Assembly: GCA_037379345.1 (NCBI GenBank)
Contig: CM074518.1
Location: 5,518,001-5,582,000 of the forward strand
Reading direction: 5' to 3'
Source of the DNA: Perna viridis
Taxonomy: Eukaryota
Length of the DNA stretch: 64,000 bases
The notes under the pieces are model-generated. The model saw only the letters and a program-made list of their open reading frames with translations. It was not told the DNA's origin and searched no databases. The translations under genes were made by a program, and so were the position numbers. Of the stretch, positions 1-12,828 are shown piece after piece (within the stretch, counting starts at the first letter, position 1; each line of letters opens with the position of its first letter).

Positions 1-80
1 TTGAAACCAAGTTCCGAGAGATGGAGAAAACAGTGAAACTCTTCACTAAAAATGTACAGACCTATGTGGATCAACTACAG
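1..80 (+). CDS. DNMBP: DNMBP/Tuba-like RhoGEF, BAR-domain exon (5'-truncated by window edge)
   Basis: Frame from nt 3 reads ETKFREMEKTVKLFTKNVQTYVDQLQ. Donor cag|gtaatt at 80/81, phase 0. Resembles the start of the Tuba/ARHGEF37/38 BAR domain. Confidence 0.8.
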
Positions 81-684
81 GTAATTTAAGGCAGGTTTAA
101 TCTGTAACAGAAAGTTTTTAACTAGAGTGGTCTTTTTGATGGCAACCCAAGTTCTAGTACACTTTGGACAACTTGTCTGTGAGCCGAGTTATTCCATTTA
201 TTTGGATACAAAATTAGTTCACTTTACATTCAATTTGTTTTTCTTATTTGGAACTATTCAGTCATTAAGCCTGCACTAAATTCATAGATTTGTTAAACTT
301 CGAATGGATGTAACTTACTGTAACATTGAAGTCAGGCTGTTGGTGCTTCTGATGTAACTAAATTAATGTTCATTACCATTATGAGGACTTCATCATCTAT
401 TAGATAAATATACAGTGAAAAGGATAGGTGTAGACTTGTCCATAAAAATTGTCTTTAAAAATGTGTAAACGTCAGGACTGATCAGTTAAGCTCCTCTTTG
501 TAGGAAAAACTTTCACTATGCTAATCACTTCTTTGCTGAGCAGTGTTGATAGGAGTACTATTATCAAACCTGATATATTTCTGTTTTTTCAAACCTGATT
601 TTAACAGTTATGATCCTTGTTTTTGACTTTGACAATGTCCACTATGTTAGTGTTATAAACTAATTATGTGTACTGTTACCATTT

Positions 685-905
685 AACCATTCCTGGCCGT
701 GTCACACTAAAGACTTTTGAATTGGTATTCATTGCTTCTCTGCCAATCACACTGTATTTAGGGTGACGATTGGTTTCCTTAGAGTTAGAATAATGTGTCC
801 AGTTGGGTAAGATGCCTACCTGTGAGCTGTTACTTCTGTGAGCTAACACAATTAAGATCTAGTTCAGCATGTTGGACTACACCAGAAAGTTGCAACTTGT
901 GTTTT
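685..905 (+). mobile_element. degenerate bivalve SINE fragment
   Basis: Blocks aaagact..attggtatt..tgcttctctgc, ataatgtgtcc and tgtgagctaacacaattaagatctag recall a common mollusc SINE body. A related copy lies at ~2.4-2.7 kb. Confidence 0.55.
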
Positions 906-1039
906 CATATGTTTCAAAACATATAGAAACATGTGTAAAACCACAATGGACATACACCAACTTTTGCACTTTAAAACTCACGAACTGCATACTTTGCTCC
1001 AATCCAAGTGAAACTTATGCCTTTAATGATTGAAATTAC

Positions 1040-1340
1040 AAACCTTTATATTTCAAGAAGCCTTCAGTTGTCATGAAGGAGTTGTGATTGACCTCGCTGA
1101 TTACTATGATGATAAACCTTTATATTACAGGAAGCCTTCAGTTGTCATGAAGGAGTTGTGATTGACCTCACTGATTACTATGATGATAAACCTTTATATT
1201 ACAGGAAGCCTTCAGTTGTCATGAAGGAGTTGTGATTGACCTCGCTGATTACTATGATGATAAACCTTTATATTACAGGAAGCCTTCAGTTGTCATGAAG
1301 GAGTTGTGATTGACCTCACTGATTACTATGATGATAAACC
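1040..1340 (+). repeat. 4 x 74-bp tandem repeat spanning intron/exon junction
   Basis: GAAGCCTTCAG starts at 1057, 1131, 1205 and 1279. Each unit is 17 nt of intron end plus 57 nt of exon start. Confidence 0.97.
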
Positions 1341-1407
1341 ATGTCCTGAAATTAAACGCTACCAACAGGTCTACCAAGTCATTCAACAAGAATATCTTGT
1401 AGAATTT
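1279..1407 (+). CDS. DNMBP: DNMBP-like BAR exon
   Basis: Boundaries tattacag|GAAGCC...GAATTT|gtaagt. 129 nt, phase 0-0, EAFSCHEGVVIDLTDYYDDKPCPEIKRYQQVYQVIQQEYLVEF. Uses the last of four tandem acceptor copies. Confidence 0.8.
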
Positions 1408-2174
1408 GTAAGTTTGATTTATTTTATACTGCAACCTATCCTGTTTCAGCTGAATTAAATGTTAAATGTATTGACAATGCAGTTTTACTGTGAAGTAAAC
1501 ATTTCATTGTTTCAAAGTTGTTAAGATGTTGACATCTCCTGGTCAAAATCATTGCATTGATTTTTTTAATTGTATTCTGCGTTGAATTCACAAAAAATTT
1601 GGTGTATAAATTCTGTGAAAAACTGATGGAATGTTTCCCACAGCCTAACATTTTTCAATGGTTCTAAATTCTCTAGTTATGGTTTTGTTTATTGACTGGT
1701 ATATCACCTCAGGTGTAAGTTATGACCTTTAGGTCATTAGAAGAAAAACAAGCTATTTTTAGACATTTTTTCATTTACTACATAATATGATTTAAGCTTT
1801 TGATATGATGGACAGAGCTATTTGTTTTTGAATAAGATTTGACTTAGTTGATAATGCAGCACTATAAACTTATATTGCTGAAGTCTCAGGGAATATTTTA
1901 GACTCCTATAAAATATGCTGTGTATTTGCATTAAAAGTTAACAATCACTTCCTAACTGCATACATTATTTCTGAATTAAACAGGACATAGCTGACATTTC
2001 AGTTTAATTTTTTCAGACTCATAAAGGAACAAATAGATTTAAAATCTGATTTAGTTGAAATATGATTGTTATAGCTCTAGCTGTACAATCCTGACAAATG
2101 TCTTATACTTATGTTGGAATGTAAAATGAAGTTCAAAGATGAGTTTATAATATGTTTGCAACTGTTTCTTTCAG

Positions 2175-2309
2175 ACCTCCACAGTTAAAGATGTAGTGAT
2201 AGCACCACTCAATAAACTCATTGTCTTATTTAATGGTCCCAATAAAGTTATACAGAAGAGATTTGACAAACTACTGGACTTTGATTCAATGCAGAGAAAG
2301 GAAGAAAAG
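2175..2309 (+). CDS. DNMBP: DNMBP-like BAR exon
   Basis: Boundaries ttttcag|ACC...AAG|gtacag. 135 nt, VVIAPLNKLIVLFNGPNKVIQKRFDKLLDFD, matching the Tuba motif GPxKxxQKRFDKLLDF. Confidence 0.92.
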
Positions 2310-2377
2310 GTACAGTGTATATATATAAAAAAACAGATTTAAACCTCTTTTTACTTCCTCTGTGGTTTTGTGGTAGC

Positions 2378-2710
2378 ATGCTTCTTTGCCAAACATGTGG
2401 CATACAGGGGATAAAGATTTAGCTCAGCCAGAGAAAACATGATATCTGGTTTGTCTGTGAGCTAGCACAATAAAGATCTAGCTAAGCTGGAGAAAACATA
2501 ACATCTGGTTTGTCTGTGAGCTAGCACAACAAAGATCTAGCTAAGCTGGAGAAAACATGACATCTGGTTTGTCTGTGAGCTAGCACAATAAAGATCTAAC
2601 TCAGTCTGTTAGATTAATACAAAGAAGGATCAGTCCAATTAACAAAATATTCTCATCCTTAAATACTTGAAATGCCTGTCATAAGACATAAAACCACAAT
2701 TAATCAACTA
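2378..2710 (+). mobile_element. SINE fragment with internal 3 x 59-bp tandem repeat
   Basis: gagaaaacat.a.atctggtttgtctgtgagctagcacaataaagatctag repeats with period 59 (2411-2604) and shares blocks with the 685-905 copy. Confidence 0.55.
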
Positions 2711-2808
2711 ATTTGTCAGACATAAGAGCAACTGTTATGAATTGGCCACTGTGGTGTTCTTGGCAGTTTAAAGTAACTTTTTTTCCTTTTCATCATGGAT
2801 ATGGTATA

Positions 2809-2988
2809 CTGTGAAGGTACTTTAATTTGTGAATACCAATTATTGTGGATTATTGTATTCGTGGTTTTGAGGTTTTCAGTATACACATCATTGGGATTCT
2901 CCTGTTTGGTAGGAACAATATTTCTTGATTTTGCCTACCCATGAAAACCATGAAAATTGGCACCCCACGAATAATAGTACTTTCACAG
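2809..2988. mobile_element. MITE, TA target duplication
   Basis: ta|CTGTGAAGGTACT ... AGTACTTTCACAG|ta terminal inverted repeats. Confidence 0.75.
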
Positions 2989-3458
2989 TAACACCAAAGG
3001 TCTCTTAGGACACACTATATAGACAACTGTGTGGCACTTGTTAAGTACACAGATCAAAAAGCAGCTTTTACAAATATAACTTATTCTAATATGAAAAACT
3101 GGTGACTACCTTTTCCTATACAAGCTGAATTAGATCAGGAGTTTCAGACAACTCCTATTTAGACATATCTTTACAAAATGACACACATATGACATTTATA
3201 CTGTAGCACATTATTTTGTCTCTGGTTAAATCCTCATTTCAGGTGTTCTGATACAAAATTTTTTAAATTCAAATTCTGTTCATAGTGATAAAATTATTTA
3301 TTTTATTAATGCTAAATAGTGTAATGTCACATAATAAAAATATATTATGTAATGATGATCAATGTACCTATGTTCCTTGTTACGTACTATAGAGTACAAA
3401 TGGGTAGTGCAAATAGATTGAAGGAACTAATGATTATCACTGATAGCAAAATACTTAA

Positions 3459-3850
3459 GTAGCACTCCAGCTAAGGATCATGCAAAATGTGATTCATGGG
3501 TAAAAAGCCTACATATTTTTATTTTTGATATTTTGTTTGAAATGTCATAGTAAACAGAAATAAACGTGGTTTTTCATATAACCGTGCTCTTAGGAGATAA
3601 AAATTATATAGAATGCACTGTAGATTTCAAAATTAAGGGAGATAACTCTGTAAATGATGCTCAAATACAATAGAATCTACTGTATTTTCAATGTCGATTA
3701 TCTCCTAAGAGCAGGCAGATTTGAATGAATAATTACACATTTCATAGTATAGACCCATAAAACAACTTAATTACAAAAATAAAAATATGTAGCTTTTTTG
3801 GGGTGTATCACATTTTTCAGATTTTGCATGATTCTAATAAAGACTACTAC
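3459..3850. mobile_element. foldback MITE flanked by TTAA
   Basis: ttaa|GTAG...CTAC|ttaa. Nested inverted blocks: atcatgcaaaat/attttgcatgat, ctacatatttttatttttg/caaaaataaaaatatgtag, gctcttaggagataa/ttatctcctaagagc. Confidence 0.75.
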
Positions 3851-4019
3851 TTAAAAATATAACACAAAAACATAACAATATCTTGTGTACAACCACTTTA
3901 TTTAACAATTTTAGGAGTTATTCTACATGAAAGGTTTTAAACAAAAACTATTGGGCCAAATTAGAACAATATTCTTCTTGATCACAATGTGTTTGAACTC
4001 CACATATTTATTTTTCCAG

Positions 4020-4205
4020 GGCTCTGAGAAGTCTGTCCAAGTCGCTAAAAGTAACTATCTTGCTTTGAATGCCCAGCTCCTGGATGAGTTACCAAAGATG
4101 TACAGCTTATCATTTAACCTGCTACAGGATTGTATCTGTACCTTTATCAGATCTCAGAGACAGTTCTATAGTAGTATAATGGATAGTATGACAGAAATAC
4201 TGGAT
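4020..4205 (+). CDS. DNMBP: DNMBP-like BAR exon
   Basis: Boundaries tttccag|GGC...GAT|gtaagg. 186 nt, contains NYLALNAQLLDELPK (Tuba-family NYEALNAQLLDELPK). Confidence 0.92.
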
Positions 4206-4893
4206 GTAAGGCTTTAACCTCAGGCTGAATAATTTGATGTTATTATATGTATCTACCTCTGTCAGTCTATGCTCATGTAATGTAAACCTATAAATTTTCG
4301 CTATTCATGTGGTAGACAGAAAAAAAGTGAAAAAATGGTACCAGTGAAATTGATTTATTATACTATACAATGCTTATCATTTTTTAAAACTGTGAAAATT
4401 GATACCTGCAAATAAGTTCAGTTGGTGAAATCTGTGAAAAATTAGTATTTTTTAAAAGAAGGTTTAAAAACCATGGATACATTTGACTGATCTTTTAATT
4501 GAAAAGCCTTAATTGCACTTCTCAAATGTTTTAATGTTTTTCTTTTTTTTTTTTTTTTTAAATTCTGAATGACATGTTAACAAACAAGGGGTATAATGTG
4601 TACTTTAGCAAGGCAATGTATTTCTAAAGCCTTACAAACACATCTGAAATACAATATGTTGGTTCATTTTTCTTTCATTGTAAAATGCCCAACATAACTA
4701 AGCAGCTGATCAACAATTACTTATAGGTTACTATATGGTTAGACATATAAATATCAGACATTTTTGAATTGTTACTGTCTAGTAAACAAGAAGTAAATAT
4801 AGTAACTGATTACTCATCAATAAAAATCGATCATTAAAGTTTCAAATATGCAACTATTTGTGTATTTAGAGTAATCTACCTTTTACTTTGTAG

Positions 4894-5103
4894 ATGTCAC
4901 TGCTGATAGACAGTGAAGGTACTGTTGTAGACAACTTCAACATTAAACACACCGCCATGATAGGCAAGATGTCCTTACTACGTATCATACCGAGGGGATT
5001 TAATCCCAAGATGGACACTTTAGGCAAACCTGTGGTAGGGAAAACTGCAGATAAGAAATCTAAACGGATGTCGCTACAGGACCCTGTATTCTATATACCC
5101 GCT
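4894..5103 (+). CDS. DNMBP: DNMBP-like linker exon
   Basis: Boundaries tttgtag|ATG...GCT|gtaagc. 210 nt, open, phase 0-0, consistent with neighbouring exons. Confidence 0.8.
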
Positions 5104-5622
5104 GTAAGCTCGCTAGTTTATATATATAGTCGAAAATTCTGACACTTTACTTGACTATACTTTCTCTTTTGCTCCTTAACCAGCTAGTTATTCTAAAGAT
5201 ATACATATACTATAACTTTTTATTTATCTCTGCTTTCTTAATTTTTTTTTTTTTTTTTTTCAGATTTCACTTAAATTTTACAACCATTTAAAACAAATAT
5301 CTATAATATCTAGGTGTTAAGTGTATTTTCTAATCATTCATGTAATTAAAAGGGCATACGTGTAAATAAAGGGTTACAATTGAAGTAAAAATTCGGATTA
5401 GTTTAACATTAAAAGTGATTGTAAATTGAAAACAGATTGTTGACATACTGACATCACTGGGATAATTAGTTATGAACCAAAATTAAGTGTTGACTCTATT
5501 TATACCTATTTAAAACTCACTTTTAATATGTGTGTTTCAGAAACTCAATTTAGTGTTATCTTTCCTTTTTCTGATAAAAATAAGTGATTGGACTATTTGT
5601 TGCCAGTTCTTATTTATGCTAA

Positions 5623-6084
5623 GGCCATACAAACATAATGCCTAGGTTCTCAGGCCACTTTTAAAAAAAAATTGATGTGGGAGGGAGGCTTTGTTTTTTG
5701 TTTTTTGTTTTTTTTTTGGAGATATTTCATCAAATTGAACAATGCTGTATATGTGCAGGATGTTGAGAAGTGAAATAAAATACTCTGTGGCATTTAAACT
5801 TTACTGAAATATGAGATGTGGCAAGAAATAAAAGCTATCTCTCTGCCAAACTTCCATTTTTAATGATCAATGTTAAATAACAGCCTCATTCGCATCATAC
5901 TTATTACATTTCTCTCAAGTGTGCAGATGATTCCGTAACTAATTAAAAGTCATTTCGGGACTGGATATGAAAATTTCCAGAAGGGATGTAAGATTTCAGG
6001 ATTTTACCGTAATAAAAATAGCAGATGCGGGAGGGTTTTCAGGGATAAGGCAGTGCCTGAGAACCTAGCATTTTTTTTTTAGCC
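5623..6084. mobile_element. PIF/Harbinger-like MITE (TAA duplication)
   Basis: taa|GGC...ctaggttctcaggc ... gcctgagaacctag...GCC|taa. Confidence 0.65.
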
Positions 6085-7212
6085 TAATTTCCATATTTGA
6101 ACAAGTTCATGGGTACTTGCATATTGCAGATGAAGAATGCAAGATTTATTAAATAAATTATTATGATTTTGTCATTACTACTCTTATGTCTTAAGTAAAA
6201 TAAACCTGTCAACACAATCTTATGTTTCCCTATCATTCAAATGTTGACTATATTTATTTGTTGGTTATAAAAGATGTAATTACATGTATTATCTTTGTAT
6301 TATCTTTGTGGCCTGGGTTAAAGATCATGATCAGAGAAGTAATTACTATCTTTTGGTGTCCATATATACATCTGCTGGCCTGGGATAATGCATGTATTAG
6401 CCTGTTAAATCTTTTCTGTCATGTCTGAAGTCTGATCTTACAACTCTCCTCTTTAGATAGTGATACTTTCCATCATTCTGTAGGAAAATTACATGTCTAC
6501 TACCATTCCTTTTCAACAGTAACACAAGCTCCACCCACACTCTTGTCTCACTTGATTTCAGATGTATACAGCTCAAAATGTCAACAACACAGTGTTTGTC
6601 ATGTAAAAAGGTCAAAAAATTTTTGTAATAAAACTGGTATCAGTATTTACAAAATATGAATTAAAAATCAAACTAATAGAAGCAACATGCACAATTACAA
6701 CCTGAAAATCATTAGAAAAGTTACAGGACTCTGCAGTACGGATAAATCTCTAACTTTTTATTTGGCAAACTCTGTAATGTTTGATATTTTAACACAAAGA
6801 TTGTTAAAACTCAGACTAGTCAAAGTATGGATGGTGCTAAGTAAAAGAAGATTGCTATTTAATATTCTACTCACCATTACATTAAAGTAGCGATATAACC
6901 ATACTGCTGTCAATTCTTCTCTGTTCATTACAATCTTGAGGACACTTTACAGAAACTATATCTGTCAAAAGTTTTGACCATTCTTTGTGTTATAACTTTC
7001 TAGAAGCATTTTAGTTATTAATTTACATGAAGTAAATTTTTTACATGTTAAATGGATAACTTTAAATACATTGCCTGTGTTGTATTATTTAAAAACTGTA
7101 TGTACAATATCTAACACTGACACAGAAAATATAAGATAGAATATAGTTATGGCTGTATCAGTCTTAATACTTCTCAATTGTTGTAACATGTAACCATGTA
7201 TTTGTTCATCAG

Positions 7213-7408
7213 GAGTCCTCTGCAGAACAAAGTGATAGTCAGAGAGCCTATATACGGCAAAAATACCCTGATAAAGTGTACCAAGTTACATTGACGTATC
7301 AGGCCTCAGAGATGATGGACCTTTCTGTATCAGAGGGGATGTATGTTGGTCTGGTTATGGACAAAGACCCCATGGGTAACAAGGAGAGATGGTTTGTAGA
7401 TAATGGAG
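7213..7408 (+). CDS. DNMBP: DNMBP-like first C-terminal SH3 exon
   Basis: Boundaries catcag|GAG...GGAG|gtcagt. Reads QSDSQRAYIRQKYPDKVYQV...DLSVSEGMYVGLVMDKDPMGNKERWFVDNG (Tuba-type KDPMG..RWxxDNG). Not in the ORF track. Confidence 0.92.
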
Positions 7409-7789
7409 GTCAGTTGACTTTTATGTCGGTTTAAACAGATCTTGATTCTTGTCGAGGCACATGTATTTTTTTATCATTGAGATAAATATTTACTGATTGT
7501 CCCTGCTGTCTGAATTACTCTTTATCAAGTAACTGGGATGATATTATAGTTTTGAATGACTTGACAAGACTTTTATCTTGCCTTATGCTTTTTGTGCTAC
7601 TTCCTGTCAAGATTATAAATTTTACTATTCTGTATGTATTGTTATGAAATCAGTTTGTCATTGTTATGAAATGTAAATATGTTAAACAAAAACAAAAAAG
7701 AAACAAATTATATCATTTTGAAAATACTTCGATCAGTTATAGGGATTATGGAATTATAGTCCTATAATCCTATTGTTTTTTCTTTGTAG

Positions 7790-8049
7790 CTACCAAAGGA
7801 TTTGTGCCAAAGACAGTATTAATATTGCTCAATACCTCAACAAGTACACTTTATGACAGAAACCCTACAAATGACCAGTTACACTCGGATGTAACAAGTG
7901 TTCCTATTGGTCAGAAATCTCCACAAACCTCTCCACAAATTTCTGTATCAAGCTATTCTATTGAAGAAGAAAGTCTTGCCAACCCTGATGATGATGAATT
8001 AGAGTTTGCATTAGATGAGGATATGAGTCCCAATATATCCTCTGAAGAG
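7790..8049 (+). CDS. DNMBP: DNMBP-like SH3 end plus Ser/acidic linker exon
   Basis: Boundaries tttgtag|CT ACC AAA GGA TTT GTG CCA (completes SH3 TKGFVP)...GAG|gtaaga. Phase 1-0. Confidence 0.88.
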
Positions 8050-8090
8050 GTAAGAATAGTTCTATTAGTATAAAGTTGTTAATGACTGTA

Positions 8091-8719
8091 CTCGGCGTCA
8101 CAAAAATAACATACTGTTAAAATTTGAATAAAAATATTTTCTGTGACTTTATTGACACCTACCGTCGTTTAAATTGTCTTAAATGACTTGCTCATTCGTT
8201 TAGCCAAACGGCTTCTCCCTAAATATTGAATTGTTAAATTCTGGTCAGATTTTAATTCTCGGTGCCAATATTTACATTGTAAAAAGTCGGCCATGTTTAC
8301 AGTGATTGGGTTGCTAGGAGATGTTGTTTATGTTTAAATGGTTTGTCCAAAAACCGAAGAACCCAGAATGCATTTCGGCGTTATATCGGATATCTCGGAT
8401 TTATTTTACACGAACAACGTACAATACCGAGAAGTTGATCAAGCAGACAATTGTCACCGGAGTTCGACGGGAACTTACGAACTTCATTTGTAAACAAGTC
8501 GTCCCGTAAAAACCAACATGGCGGATGTTAGATGGGATTTTCCCGTAAGGATTTGTTACACATGATTTAAGCTAATAAGCGACTTGTTCAGGGAGAAGCC
8601 GTTTGGCTAAACGAACGAGCAAGTCATTTAAGACAATTTAAACGACGGTTGGTGTCAATAAAGTCGTAGAAAATATTTGTATTCAAATTTTAACAGTATG
8701 TTATTTATGTGATGCCGAG
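8091..8719. mobile_element. MITE with ~130-bp TIRs and TA target duplication
   Basis: ta|CTCGGCGTCAC...GGCTTCTCCCT (to ~8220) mirrored by AGGGAGAAGCC...GTGATGCCGAG|ta (from ~8590). Confidence 0.92.
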
Positions 8720-9239
8720 TATAATCAAATTTCCCCAGTTAAATAAATGAATGGAAAGAGTAAATGAGAACTATTTTATCAGGTTATCAAGGATTAAAAA
8801 CTGTACTGAACTTGTGTAAATTTGCTAGTGTACTAATGGCTTCTGATGAAGATTAGTCATTTTATGATTATTTTGAATTAAACCTTTTGACACTAATTGT
8901 GGCATATGCTGTGATGACCTCTTTGTACTGTGCTACTACTCACAATATTAGTTGTTTTTTCTACTACTAGATTTTGCCAGTTTGTTCAAAAAACCTCAAG
9001 ATTTAACCTAATATTATAAACCTTATATCAATGTCATATTCGTGTTAAAAATATAGTTTCTTTTTTCAGGAAAATTTTGCAATGACTGTTTTTTAGCATC
9101 CCCAGCCTTTAGCTTGTCTTCCTTCCTGTATAAAACTTGTGTTGAATTTAGAGGTTAACAGTCAGTAACATGAGATAATATAAGAGTTATGTTTGTTTTT
9201 CTCTTGTCATTCAAGTTTGACTCTTCATTTTTTTTTCAG

Positions 9240-9419
9240 TTTTACTACGCAGCATACAGTTTTGAAGCCAGAAACAGCAATGAACTATCTCTGTTTGAAG
9301 GTCAAGTTGTTACTGTCTTAAATAAACATGATCAAGAGAACAATCCAGAATGGTGGTTTGTTGATGCTGATGGGGTCAAAGGTTATGCACCAGCCAATTA
9401 TCTTAGGCCAATGAGATGA
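9240..9419 (+). CDS. DNMBP: DNMBP-like terminal SH3 exon with stop
   Basis: Acceptor ttttcag, then FYYAAYSFEARNSNELSLFEGQVVTVLNKHDQENNPEWWFVDADGVKGYAPANYLRPMR*, a canonical SH3. Confidence 0.95.
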   Translation, partial: FYYAAYSFEARNSNELSLFEGQVVTVLNKHDQENNPEWWFVDADGVKGYAPANYLRPMR

Positions 9420-12400
9420 TTTGATGTCGATTATTCAAATTGTTCTGTAAATTGTTTAACACACTTATTATTTATGTAACACATTTTTCCTGTCTACATT
9501 TGATACTGATTACATTAAAAATATCTAACTAGCTAAATAATTCAATTCTGGTTCATCACCAATATTGGCTAGTTAGATTTCTGGATTTAATTTGACACTC
9601 AAAGAGTCCTATATTTATAAAAAAAACAAAAACAAAACAAAAAAAAACAAGTATTTGTGAATACCAATATTGAATATTTCTCAGAGTTTGACAACAGTTT
9701 TCCTGAAGTATTTTGTTCCCATTTGTTATAACCATGGTATCTTTGTTATTAATATAACAAATATACTCCTGCTCAATTGTGATGGTGGGATGATTATGGA
9801 GTCAACAAAGATTATCTCTCCGCACTTAGGTCGTTTGATGAATAGTCTTTCATTATTGTTGTATTCTCCCGCCTGTCATTTATAAGTTTGTTAAGTTTCT
9901 GTTTATAAGTATTTTTTCATAACAAATAGTTTTGTTTAGCTGCCAGATTTGTTTTCTGAACTGGACTTACTTAGAATTGTTTATAAATGTCATTACAAAT
10001 TAGTTGTAGAATTCTCTTAATGTCCCCAATTAAAAAAAAAGTTCAGAATGAAATTAGTTTAAGATAAAAATATATTTCCTGTGAAGTGGAAACTTGGTAG
10101 CTTTTTTCAGATTGATGTTTTGTTATAAATACCTGAGTTAAGCAATAAAATACATTTAATGTTGACAATAACTTATAATGTCATTTTCATGTTTTTTTGC
10201 TCTGTACAAACATTTGCAATGTTTTCAGTCAGTCAATTATATTGATATTTAATGTGTTTTAGTGTAAATTAGTTTACTACATGATTGCTTCTGTTAAAAC
10301 ACTGGTAATTATAATTCTCCTTACAAGTCCAGCTGACATGAAATGAATAAATTTGGCCAAAATATTTTGTAAGCTTTCCTTTCCTATCTATTTGAATGTA
10401 ATGTCCCTTACATTTGAATAATTGTCATTTTCACAACAAGGTTTTCTGGACATTGTCATTTTTTATGCAACTGCAAACAATTTCCAACAAAAAATTGTAT
10501 ATATACAAATGTTTAGAGTACAAATAAATGGATCTGGATCAAGTTTTACTGCAATGTTTCATACCACGACCTAAAGGCTGGGTTGGATTTTAGGAGTTTA
10601 GGATTAGAAGCAAAACTACCATTTTATAGAACTTGTATTAACTACTTAATTTGTGACCAATTTCAATGGGTTCAGTTTTTGAAAATCTTGACTGCTTGAT
10701 TTCTTTGTAATACTGAAATTTGTGCCCCAGCTTCTTATTGGCCAAAATTGAGTTCTTTGTGTACTTTGATGTGCTGAATCTAATCATAGGTTTACATTAT
10801 TTATCTTAAACTGTAAACAGGGGAAAATCCAATGTTAATTTTGTAAAATCTCATTCATTCTGTGTCAAACATATAATTACAATCCAAACTCCAGAACTTT
10901 TTAGGGTTAATTATCTACTGTTGTATCAAGTGCAACCATTTTAAATTTGCATTTGGAATGAACTTATTCATGTTCTGGAGTAAATTGTATTGAGATTAAT
11001 AAAACCAAAATATTTCTCCAACTCAAATTCAATATGATGTAGTCAGAAAGGTGAAACATATAATTCAGTAAGGTTGACCTTATAGTTAGTGATAGACAAT
11101 TGATGTTTGTATCGTTGTTCAGTTTAAATCTATATTTATACAATGATAGGTCTACAGTTAATTTGATATAATACATTCCTTTTTGATATGTACATGCTGG
11201 TATTAAAGATAAATCTAGATAGTCCCTAATTATTGTATAAAATGGCAAATTACATTGTAGTATTAATCATGACATATGTATTTCGTGATATTGATGCTCT
11301 GTTATTTGTAACTTAAAGACATCGTATTGCTGTTTTTGCATAATTTCTGCTGAACTTATGATAGTTTTATAAAGCAAGAAACTGAGGTAATTATTTTTAA
11401 GGATTCCCATATACTGTTATGTACTGACATAACCAAAATATGCTACTACCAGCTTTATGAAATTATCTGCATTATACTCAATCATGGTAGGGAAATGAAA
11501 AAAGAAAGGGTCAAATAAAAATGAAGGATCTGATATACTATGACCCACCACCCCCAAAAAAATACATATATAAAAAAATTTTCTGCAAGATGAAGGAAAA
11601 TGACTTCAAGCTGGTGAAGATTCTTTAACTCCTGCGTCAATAAAACAATACTAATAATTTAACCATGTTGAATTGGATCAAGCAGTTCTGAATCTAATTT
11701 TAGGGTGTATGAGATTCTATGTATATTTGGGAGTGTTTTAGATTTCACCTGTCTCATGTTATCCTCAGATACTACAATAGTCATTATTGGTGGAATCGGA
11801 ATCTGAATTACAACTGCCATTAACAATAAAATCCCCTGCCACATCATACATTATATTGTTGCATCATAGGAAGACGGTTGTTGCTTTTTAGTCAGTGATT
11901 TTGCTATGGCTTTTATAAAATAATTTTTTTCCTTGTTTTGAAAAAGGGGGGTTGTTTTTGATATCATACATGCTAGCTTTTCTTCGTGCACATATGATCA
12001 TTGTTTTATGATTGTCATGTACTTTGTTGATGTTCAGTTCTTGTTCTTTAATATATGATCATTAGTAACTGGATTATGCAAATGTATATAAGAGTCCAAT
12101 GTAAACAATTTTAGAAAAGTTATTGTCCATAATTTCAAGCAAGTGCAATATGAATGTTATTTATGTATTCACGTAATTGTATTATTGTATTGTTTTGTAA
12201 ATGTTTGTGAACCTTCTTTAGAAAGTTTGGTGAGGTAGTCATCACATTTTTTTTCTGTTTTTTTTTTGTTTTGTTTAATTGTATGAGATACATTTTCTTA
12301 GATTTTTTGGTTTTGTCCTTTTCTAAATTAATTTGATGGCAGTAAATCTCTTTAACAAATAACATAATATAAGGTTATATAATTTGTATGGGTGACATCA

Positions 12401-12822
12401 GTATCAACTGCTTTATATTGATTTAGCATTTTCCGCAACTAATGAAATGCATTTTGGAATGATCAACATCTGCCAATTTGTGTTTACTCTTGACAATAAC
12501 AAATATTATGGAAGTTAATACCAAAAAACAAATGCAAGGATATGTTGCATGGTCGTTTTCTCAGGCATTTCTATGGAAATTAACAAGCTCTTATAACTAG
12601 TAATAATATATGTGCTTTCTGAATACTGCAAATTATACATTAGCTTCAGCAAGCAACTTCTCTGTCTGATAATTAGAATACTATTTACTTTCTCTCTTTC
12701 CTTAGTGATTGTCATAGTAGTGCTTCACTATAGCTTAACCAAAATTTATTACCACTGTAGTTATTTATATATCTCTCTCCTGTGATATGATCATGTTATT
12801 TTTACACCATGTATAATGCTCA

Positions 12823-12828
12823 AATAAA
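12823..12828 (+). terminator. candidate poly(A) signal of DNMBP-like gene (would give ~3.4-kb 3'UTR)
   Basis: AATAAA followed by a T-rich tract, at the end of a T-skewed stretch. Other AATAAA sites occur upstream. Confidence 0.35.

Noticed and set aside
1040-1340. CRISPR-like regular repeats (also 49345-49536)
   Set aside because: Head-to-tail units with no unique spacers, eukaryotic context, and no cas genes.
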